Shown here piece after piece: positions 56,569-64,000 of a DNA stretch of 64,000 nucleotides. The stretch is from a virus. The stretch covers positions 9,052 to 73,051 of IMG/VR virus record IMGVR_UViG_3300029448_000014; one strand, given 5' to 3'. The position numbers and the translations under genes are program-made. The number at the start of each line of letters is the position of its first letter. Position 1 is the stretch's first letter. Under the pieces are notes generated by a model, which was given only the letters and a program-made list of their open reading frames with translations, had not been told where the DNA came from and did not search any database.

Positions 56569-57050
56569 TGGAATTAGATGATTTACTAAAGTCAAAAGCA
56601 AGATTTCACTTAGGCATTAATGCAGGTGCTCAAATTCCAGCAGGTGATAGAGCACGGGTAGAAGAGGCAATGGCACTTATACCTGATGAATATTGGTACA
56701 ATCAAATCGTGAATCATATTCGTAGATGTGATTCAGCATGGGATAACAGTGAATATTTCCCAACCGACTCAAGCGGGTCACCTAATTACAGCCGATTAGA
56801 GCAGATTGCTGGAGATGTCCAACGAACCATTTCAACGTCAGATCCATTAAAAGGTGACGAATATTTTAGGGAAATCTATCTTAGAGAAGTTGATCGATTA
56901 GCAGAAACCTTATACGTCGCCAATTATCGGAGACCAGAAGTAAGACGCTATGTATTTGATCGTTCAGGATCTGAATTTATTATGGCAGTTCCAGGTCCAG
57001 CCGATACTGCGGTAGGGACAAGAATGATGCTAAATAATATGTGGCGTTAA
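56568..57050 (+). CDS. putative head completion/adaptor protein
   Basis: KSKARFHLG N-terminus; position after the capsid genes. Confidence 0.5.
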   Translation: MELDDLLKSKARFHLGINAGAQIPAGDRARVEEAMALIPDEYWYNQIVNHIRRCDSAWDNSEYFPTDSSGSPNYSRLEQIAGDVQRTISTSDPLKGDEYFREIYLREVDRLAETLYVANYRRPEVRRYVFDRSGSEFIMAVPGPADTAVGTRMMLNNMWR

Positions 57051-57084
57051 CGGTAGAATAAACATAGGAAATAATTGTGCAATT

Positions 57085-57528
57085 ATGGGAACTCAAAAAA
57101 TCACAATGGGTCGCGGTAGAGATACTGACTACGAATCCAAAAAAACCGCTGCTCTAGCACAAGCTGGAATGGGTGGTGATTATATGTGGGGCCTTCAGTC
57201 TGGAATGGAGCAAGTGTATGAAAATGGCACTGGCCAAGCATCAAAAGCTTCTCGCAATCCTCGGTACGGAAACGTAAATATCACAACGGGGGATGCATTA
57301 GATGGTGCATACGGCAATTTCAAGCCTATGCACGACAATGCCGGCAATCAACTTGCAGCAGAACCACAAAATCAAACTGGATACTTGGAAGGAAGTTATT
57401 CTCAAACAATCCAACCCCAAGTAGATAATGAAATAGCAGCACAACAAGCTGTTGAAAGGGTCCAATTGATGGCGCAAGGACGTCAGTATCTAGGCCTCAA
57501 TGACCGCCAACAAATGTATCAGGTATAA
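57085..57528 (+). CDS. hypothetical virion protein
   Basis: 147 aa ORF, TAGAAT 31 nt upstream. Confidence 0.7.
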   Translation: MGTQKITMGRGRDTDYESKKTAALAQAGMGGDYMWGLQSGMEQVYENGTGQASKASRNPRYGNVNITTGDALDGAYGNFKPMHDNAGNQLAAEPQNQTGYLEGSYSQTIQPQVDNEIAAQQAVERVQLMAQGRQYLGLNDRQQMYQV

Positions 57529-57530
57529 TC

Positions 57531-58232
57531 ATGGCAAACGAAAATAAACGTAATCGTCGAATGCAGTTGGATAAAGATCCAAATGCACAGACAGTCTCTA
57601 CTGATACTACAAGTGGTATTCCATCTCAACCAATCCCAGGAATGCCTCAAGGTGCAGGCAACATGATGAATAATCCTCAGGTTGCTCAGTCAATGGGAGG
57701 AGGGAGACCACAGCCAGGTGGATTAGATCCAAATAATCCTCGATCACCATATGGAGATCCAGTATTTACACAAGATCAATTGGCGCAAACAGGAAGTATA
57801 GGCTTTACGCAGAACTCTGGTAACAATCAAAATTTTGTTCCAGGTCGAAGATTAAATTCACAAGCTTATAACAGTGTTATGCAGCCTGAAGAAGGGATGT
57901 CAATGGATATGCTTCTTCCACAAGGTCTTGCAATGGAAGCAACAACACGTGCGCAGAAACTGTATGCAGCTGGAAGTGGTGATCCAACACCTTCGTATAA
58001 AGTAGGTCCTCTAGGCATGATGGGTACACCTATAGAATCTCAATTGGGAGGTGAAGTGAATCCAGGTCAGATGATGCCTACTATGAGTGGACAAACAAAT
58101 ACAACTATGCCCTTGCAAGGTAATAATACTCAAACATTATCAATGGGGAATACAAATAGTTTAGGACCTGAGAATACTGGAAATCTAGGCATGAATACAG
58201 GCCGTGGCGGCGGTCGCAATCAACTCGCATAA
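57531..58232 (+). CDS. low-complexity (G/Q/P/M/N) hypothetical virion protein
   Basis: 233 aa coupled ORF. Confidence 0.7.
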   Translation: MANENKRNRRMQLDKDPNAQTVSTDTTSGIPSQPIPGMPQGAGNMMNNPQVAQSMGGGRPQPGGLDPNNPRSPYGDPVFTQDQLAQTGSIGFTQNSGNNQNFVPGRRLNSQAYNSVMQPEEGMSMDMLLPQGLAMEATTRAQKLYAAGSGDPTPSYKVGPLGMMGTPIESQLGGEVNPGQMMPTMSGQTNTTMPLQGNNTQTLSMGNTNSLGPENTGNLGMNTGRGGGRNQLA

Positions 58233-58243
58233 GGTAAATAACA

Positions 58244-58762
58244 ATGGCATCAACCTCTACTAACAAACAACCACTTTTAGTCGATCATGTATTACATGAG
58301 GTCGTCGATCTAGCTGGTGCAACAGTTGCACAAAATGCAGGAGTAGATATTGCAGGTACTAACAATGCCTCAATCATTATTGATAGTACAACCAATGACG
58401 GTTGCATTATTGAAGACATCTATGCAATTGCGAGAACAATTAGTACTGGATATAAAATCAACTTGTACTTAAGCTCAGCAGCAGATTATTTAAGACAGCA
58501 GCAAGGAGTATTTGTCGCAACGCTTACTGGAGGAACAACTGTAGGTACTCGGACACATATCGAAGCGTTGCCATATATCTTGGCACCTGTACCACAGACA
58601 GGGAATGTAGGTACTGCACTGGCCTCTAGCAATTTCTCCTTTCGATTTAGAGCACTGTATGTTCCTAAAGGAAAGGCACTATGGGCAGCTGTTGAACAGC
58701 AGTCTGCAGGAGATCAGGCAACAGCAGCGCCCCTGCTTGGTGTGCAAGGTGGATATTACTAA
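58244..58762 (+). CDS. putative tail structural protein
   Basis: MASTSTNKQPL...LYVPKGKALWA...QGGYY beta-rich structural pattern. Confidence 0.65.
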   Translation: MASTSTNKQPLLVDHVLHEVVDLAGATVAQNAGVDIAGTNNASIIIDSTTNDGCIIEDIYAIARTISTGYKINLYLSSAADYLRQQQGVFVATLTGGTTVGTRTHIEALPYILAPVPQTGNVGTALASSNFSFRFRALYVPKGKALWAAVEQQSAGDQATAAPLLGVQGGYY

Positions 58763-60546
58763 TGGCTAAAAGGCAAAATGGCTTTGGTAAAACCAAGTCT
58801 TTTGCGTTTAAAGGACTAGCTCCTATTAATGTCGGCAAAAAGGGGCAAAACGCTGGTCTAGCCCCATCTGTTCGTAGCTTTGGTACAACTGTAAAAAAAT
58901 CTATTATTCAGAAATATAATCTGAACTCAGACTGGGTAAAATGGCGAAAAGGATATGAATACTACAATCGTGCTGCTTGGTATGAATTAGAAACATACGA
59001 TAATTTAACAGAGCAATATTCAAGAACATCACTAGATTCAAAGTTATATCAAGGCACGCCGAATGAGGTAGATGTTACTTTTGAAGGATACAAATTTGCA
59101 ACAAAGAACTCAGACAGTAACAACCACTATGTAATGAAGCGAAAGAGTACATCTAACGTAAACATAGGTACGATCAGTAGTGTACAAAATAATCCTTATT
59201 TACATCTATTAAATCAACAAAATAAAGAAATATGGTGTGAATTTACAAGCGGTCCCAACTACGAGATATTGCTACAGATGATGGGTGAACGCATTGATGA
59301 TAGTGAAACTGAAGCAACAATTTCTTATCTATTAAATTCTTCTAAATATCCTGCAATCTATATTGGAAAATCAAGTTCTCCATCGACAACCGTTGAAGTA
59401 ACTATACCACTAGCAGATTTAACTTACCAATCAAATGTTGAACCAATTCAGGACTATAATTCATTAATCGATCAAATAGTATATATACCTTCTTTCTTTG
59501 TCAATAAAAACAAAACTCAAATTGATAGTTTAAATTGGACGGATGGCGTAGAAACTTTTACAGTTGCATTAGAAGATACTGCATCAAATCAATCTTTAGA
59601 AATCTTGAATAGAAATACAAACGAACTACCACCGTCGTTATTAGATATAACAAGTCTTGCAAATACAGTTAGCACTGCAAATGCCACATATACCGTAAAA
59701 GGTGAATTTTTATTTAACAAGCCAAATTATCAGAGATTTTTTGGCAAACAGTACTTAACAGCTGATTTGGTTGATTTAAATACTGATAAAGCGGCATATA
59801 CAATAATGCCATTTAGTATTTTGGGGGTAGAGGTTTCAGGTGGAAACCTAATTCTTAAATCTGTACCGGCAAGAACAGAACTTAAAATTACTTCAGATCC
59901 AACAAATGGAACAATAATATTTACTGACTATAGTTTTACCAAAATAAGTACTGATACCTACAGTGGTCAGTATTACCATGTTGATGATATAGCCGATGAA
60001 CAGTGGTTGTTATTAGATACAGATGTAGATCCATGGATGGATGAAGTGTTTACCAAAGGTATTCCGCTTAAGCCATCAACGGTCTTTGCATGTAGTTGTC
60101 CAAATTATTCTCAAGCAATTCTTAGTGCGCCACAGTCCACACAAGACAGCGGAACGAGAAAGATTAATAGACAACGTAGGTACCCTCTTCCAACAGCGAT
60201 GAGTCCAGATGATTTTTCAGTGGAAGGACGCAATCAAGCAGCTGGCAAGACTACTAGTTGGGAGAAAAGAGAACACAGGATGAAGTTCAAAATGTGTAAG
60301 CATACAATTGCTGCTCGTTTTATTGAAAGAATTAAAACAAAAGAACCTAATGACTATCCAACAATTGAGTCCCGAGAGCAGTTTAATGAAAAGCTTGATT
60401 CGGAAATGAATGAGGTTGGAAATCGATTTGTTGAATCATACAAACGTGGCGGAATTACAACACTTGAACTCATCTTTGCCTTAGGACAAGGCTTAAACTT
60501 GGATGACGTTGAAATGGCATATGTTATTTTTGGCACTAATTACTAG
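58762..60546 (+). CDS. hypothetical protein with C-terminal SWIM-like Zn finger
   Basis: FACSCPNY...MCKHTIA. Confidence 0.7.
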   Translation: MAKRQNGFGKTKSFAFKGLAPINVGKKGQNAGLAPSVRSFGTTVKKSIIQKYNLNSDWVKWRKGYEYYNRAAWYELETYDNLTEQYSRTSLDSKLYQGTPNEVDVTFEGYKFATKNSDSNNHYVMKRKSTSNVNIGTISSVQNNPYLHLLNQQNKEIWCEFTSGPNYEILLQMMGERIDDSETEATISYLLNSSKYPAIYIGKSSSPSTTVEVTIPLADLTYQSNVEPIQDYNSLIDQIVYIPSFFVNKNKTQIDSLNWTDGVETFTVALEDTASNQSLEILNRNTNELPPSLLDITSLANTVSTANATYTVKGEFLFNKPNYQRFFGKQYLTADLVDLNTDKAAYTIMPFSILGVEVSGGNLILKSVPARTELKITSDPTNGTIIFTDYSFTKISTDTYSGQYYHVDDIADEQWLLLDTDVDPWMDEVFTKGIPLKPSTVFACSCPNYSQAILSAPQSTQDSGTRKINRQRRYPLPTAMSPDDFSVEGRNQAAGKTTSWEKREHRMKFKMCKHTIAARFIERIKTKEPNDYPTIESREQFNEKLDSEMNEVGNRFVESYKRGGITTLELIFALGQGLNLDDVEMAYVIFGTNY

Positions 60547-60593
60547 TCAGATAATTATAAGGTATAGAATGATGATGCATACAAGTTAGCTAT

Positions 60594-60806
60594 ATGTTTA
60601 ACGAATCTGACTTTCAGTTGCCATTAGAAAAACAACTAAGATTGCAAGTAATTAAATCAGAGATACAAGAGTGTACAGATATCGATGCACTCAAGGAGCA
60701 ACTATTGCCATGTGCAGAGATGTTGATGAAATACCAACATTTACTAGCAAAAGCTGTTGAGGTTAATTTAATAAATTACCTAGGCTTTGAAGTGCCTAAC
60801 GAATAA
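60594..60806 (+). CDS. nblA: NblA-like phycobilisome degradation adaptor
   Basis: 70 aa two-helix pattern, QLPLEKQLRL resembles LSLEQxFxL. Confidence 0.5.
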   Translation: MFNESDFQLPLEKQLRLQVIKSEIQECTDIDALKEQLLPCAEMLMKYQHLLAKAVEVNLINYLGFEVPNE

Positions 60807-60884
60807 TAGTACAGAAGTAAAGCATGTTAAGGGAAGAGAGTTAAAATATAAAGAGGATTATTACTCCGGTATAGGTTTTTACCA

Positions 60885-63800
60885 ATGGCAAAGATACAAC
60901 TAAAAAGATCAGTAATTTTAAACGGTTCAAATGCACAGGAACCGACTGCGAGCCAGATGACATTTGGCGAAATAGCTGTCAATTATAATTCAAATGATCC
61001 TGCTATCTTTATTAAAGACAGTACTGATTCAATTATACGTATAGCAGGTGTTAACGCAAAAGGTAATACTCCAAGTGATATTCAAGGATACCCAGATATA
61101 ACTGATGGAGAAGGCGCAACACTAGACAATAGATATTTAAAAGTTGGTGCATCTGCTGGTGCACAGGTGATACAATCCACATCCACAACTGATTTTAATG
61201 GCGGATTAAAAGTAAGTGGGGGATCTACATACTTACTTGAATTGGCTCATAGTGGATCTACAAAACTTGCTGTATTAGCCAATGGCAATGTAGGCATTGG
61301 AACTGTCTCTCCAACAACGCTTTTTGACGTAAATGGAAGCGTGAACTTTGCAGGTTCAGCTACTCTTAGTGGAATAACTTCTGATAGTACTATATATGTA
61401 AATAGAACAGGATCTACTCAAACTGCATTTCAGGCAAGCTTAAGTGGAACAACAAAAGTTGACATAACAGCAGGCGGCTCCGCCACCTTTGCTGGTACCG
61501 TTGGCATCGGCGGCACGCTCCCCTCAGCGCCGAACATCTCGCTGAATGCGGATGGCAGCGCGAGTTTTGCTGGTATAGCACGTATTGGTGACCCAGACAA
61601 TGCTGACCAAACGTCTGCTGATGCAGCGGGCGTGCGGATTTCTAATGCTGGTTTAGTTAAAGTTAAAAAATCTTCGACTGCGGGTAGTGCTATTGCTGTT
61701 GTTGACGTAAATAACTCTACTAATGCACTAATTACCGCCAGTGGCATCGCCCAGTTCAATACTCGCGTTAATATCGGAACTGAAACTGAAGGTCATGCTG
61801 ACGCTGACGAACTGACACTTGCAAGCACCGGAAACACCGGCATGACGATTAGGTCAGGAACATCTAACTCTGGAGTTATTTACTTCTCCGACTCAAATAC
61901 TGGCACTGCTGAGTATGCAGGATATATTCATTACGATCATGGTGACAGTTCGCTAAGGATTGGAAAAGCTACGTCCGAGCAAGTGCGAATCGATAGCTCG
62001 GGCAACGTCGGGATTGGCACTAGTTCGCCTGGGTCGATATTGCACACAGCAGCAAATGATCCTGAAATTCGCATCCAAGACCTCAGTGTTTCGTCGGCTA
62101 ATACTTCAGATGCAAGGGTCGGTTTTTACCATTCGGGAGGAACCAAAACTGCAGAAATTGGTTTTACTGCGACGGGAGACAATACGTCACTCAAGTTCCG
62201 GTCAACTGTTGCCACTGGTTTAGCACTTGGGACAAATTCTACAGACGCTTTGTATATTGACTCGTCACAGAACGTCGGCATCGGAGTTACTACACCCGGC
62301 GCCAAAGTACAAATTCAACATACTGCTGGTCTTCCGGTTACATCTGGTACCACCCAGACGCATGGAGCCTTGCGTTTAGGTGCAGGCGGTACCAACTCCG
62401 TCCTTGATATTGGTCATTCAGGCTCAACGGGTGCTTGGCTACAAGTAACCAATAAGACTGCACTCCTACCAGCAAACTCGTACCCGCTTCTCCTAAACCC
62501 CAACGGAGGCAACGTCGGCATCGGCACTACGAGCCCACAACAGCCACTACACATTTCAAACGCACTTCCAGTTATAAGGCTACAAGATACAAGTACAAAT
62601 GCTTATAGCGAAATTACAAGTGACAATGCAGGGAACGTCTACATCAGTGCTGACACTGGAAATAGTCAAGCAAGTACTTCCATCCGCCTTCAAGTTGATG
62701 CCGATGAGAAGATGCGAATCGATAGCTCGGGCAACGTTGGGATTAATATCACCCCTAGTGGGAATTCTAAGCTACAAGTTAATGGCAGTATGCGTTTTGC
62801 TGGAAATGGCAACGCAACTGATAGCACTAGTCCGATTATATACAGGGCATCTGGCAATGATTCTCTTGTATTTGCTAGTGGGAATGTGGAGAGAATGCGG
62901 ATTGACCAGAATGGGAACCTAGGCCTAGGTGTGTCTAATGTCGGCAATATATTAAATCGTAGTCAGATTGCAGTCGGAGGAAGCGCTGGTGGATTGATTG
63001 ACCTTCTGTATGGAGGCGCATACACCGGACGGCTGATAGCTAACTCTGATAACTTTGTAATAAGGTCCGAGAATAAACTTCGAATCCAGACCGGTGGGAG
63101 TAGCAATGACGATGTATTTATCGATAGCTCAGGCCGCGTAGGGATTGGCACTACGAGCCCTGGAGAACTACTTTCGCTTAGCCAAAATGTAACAACAGAA
63201 GCCAATTTGTTGTCTCTTACTGGCACGTCTTTGGCAGACGGAGAAAAGATTTTTACTACCTTTAAAAGAGGAGCTGTAAACCTTGCAAGAGTTGGCGCTG
63301 AAGTAGGAGGCGCTGGCACTAATGGGCAGTTAATTTTTGAAACTGCTATTTCAAACACTTCAACCGAGCGAATGCGAATCGATAGCTCAGGCAACGTCGG
63401 GATTGGTACGTCGAATCCTTTAACTAGAATACATTTAGCAGAAACAGGAGCTTCTGATGAGCCTACCTTATTAATTGAATCTGAAAACTCTAAGATTTAT
63501 CTACGAACCGCTGGTTCAAGTGGTTCATTCCCGACAGGCGGTGGCCCTAACGACGGGGAACTTGTTTATGTAGGAGGAGATTTTCGAGTCGGCGCGCAGG
63601 CGGCAGACAAGAGTCTTATATTTTTCAGCGGCGGGTATGACGAGCGAATGCGAATCGACAGCTCGGGTAACGTCCTCATCGGCGGCACTCTCCCCGCATC
63701 GCCAAACATCTCGCTGAATGCGGATGGAACTGCCGAGTTTGGTAATGATATTAATGTAGGTGGTGGCTTCGCGACTACGGACGGTGTCACCCTCCAATCA

Positions 63801-64000
63801 AATGGCGTGATAAAAGCACGTGGTGACTCTCTATCGCCAACTAATGCAGGTCTTGCTGTTTTTAGAGATGGTATCACTACTGGTGACATTACCGCTAGGA
63901 TTAATTTTGATGGATCCGCCGCGTTTGATGGAAACGTCGGCATCGGCACGGGTATAAACACGGCACGGTCCCTAGAGATTATCAGCCAAAGCGAGGCTGG
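60885..64000 (+). CDS. tail fibre protein, runs off window
   Basis: MAKIQLKRS..EPTASQMTFGEIAVNYNSNDPAIFIKD N-terminus; repeated ERMRIDSSGNVGIGT in the same frame (checked at 61983 and 63372). Confidence 0.9.
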   Translation, partial: MAKIQLKRSVILNGSNAQEPTASQMTFGEIAVNYNSNDPAIFIKDSTDSIIRIAGVNAKGNTPSDIQGYPDITDGEGATLDNRYLKVGASAGAQVIQSTSTTDFNGGLKVSGGSTYLLELAHSGSTKLAVLANGNVGIGTVSPTTLFDVNGSVNFAGSATLSGITSDSTIYVNRTGSTQTAFQASLSGTTKVDITAGGSATFAGTVGIGGTLPSAPNISLNADGSASFAGIARIGDPDNADQTSADAAGVRISNAGLVKVKKSSTAGSAIAVVDVNNSTNALITASGIAQFNTRVNIGTETEGHADADELTLASTGNTGMTIRSGTSNSGVIYFSDSNTGTAEYAGYIHYDHGDSSLRIGKATSEQVRIDSSGNVGIGTSSPGSILHTAANDPEIRIQDLSVSSANTSDARVGFYHSGGTKTAEIGFTATGDNTSLKFRSTVATGLALGTNSTDALYIDSSQNVGIGVTTPGAKVQIQHTAGLPVTSGTTQTHGALRLGAGGTNSVLDIGHSGSTGAWLQVTNKTALLPANSYPLLLNPNGGNVGIGTTSPQQPLHISNALPVIRLQDTSTNAYSEITSDNAGNVYISADTGNSQASTSIRLQVDADEKMRIDSSGNVGINITPSGNSKLQVNGSMRFAGNGNATDSTSPIIYRASGNDSLVFASGNVERMRIDQNGNLGLGVSNVGNILNRSQIAVGGSAGGLIDLLYGGAYTGRLIANSDNFVIRSENKLRIQTGGSSNDDVFIDSSGRVGIGTTSPGELLSLSQNVTTEANLLSLTGTSLADGEKIFTTFKRGAVNLARVGAEVGGAGTNGQLIFETAISNTSTERMRIDSSGNVGIGTSNPLTRIHLAETGASDEPTLLIESENSKIYLRTAGSSGSFPTGGGPNDGELVYVGGDFRVGAQAADKSLIFFSGGYDERMRIDSSGNVLIGGTLPASPNISLNADGTAEFGNDINVGGGFATTDGVTLQSNGVIKARGDSLSPTNAGLAVFRDGITTGDITARINFDGSAAFDGNVGIGTGINTARSLEIISQSEA

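Noticed and set aside
61430-63961. Short minus-strand and alternate-frame ORFs at the right end
   Set aside because: Shadows of the long tail-fibre frame starting at 60885, which the ORF track omits because it has no stop in the window
60885-64000. Diversity-generating retroelement TR/VR pair in the tail fibre
   Set aside because: Repeat mismatches are not adenine-specific and no reverse transcriptase is present in the window
1-64000. Stop-codon reassignment
   Set aside because: Conserved genes are full length in the standard code and end with TAA, TAG or TGA; no suppressor tRNA seen

Overview
A 64-kb segment of a tailed cyanophage genome, probably lytic and probably infecting marine Synechococcus or Prochlorococcus. 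From memory the gene content recalls S-EIV1/uvMED-type cyanophages; this is not verified. Two divergent arms meet at a non-coding origin/terminus-like region (~31.5-32.35 kb). The left arm is mostly minus strand. It carries small early genes separated by a repeated hairpin, an atypical tRNA, two ribbon-helix-helix genes, host-derived genes (psbA, hli, infA, mazG-like, thioredoxin-like, rlpA-like), nrdAB, thyX, SSB-like proteins, an exonuclease, a primase/VirE helicase and a family A DNA polymerase split into two genes. The right arm is mostly plus strand. It carries putative internal virion proteins, a lytic transglycosylase, terminase, a portal gene overlapping the scaffold gene by ~500 nt, an RpoD-like sigma factor, the major capsid protein, tail genes, an NblA-like gene and a tail fibre running off the window. 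The most striking unexplained signals are: (1) four neighbouring enzyme homologues that each lack their catalytic residues (deaminase, M15 peptidase, adenine methyltransferase, HNH), lying between the helicase and polymerase genes; (2) a 19-copy covarying hairpin family confined to the left arm; (3) a -10-like hexamer at a near-fixed ~30 nt before many late start codons; (4) two related iteron/AT-rich origin-like elements bracketing the early region; (5) a recurring R-[MLIF]-A-G peptide motif in putative virion proteins. All family assignments come from motif recognition by eye, not from database searches.
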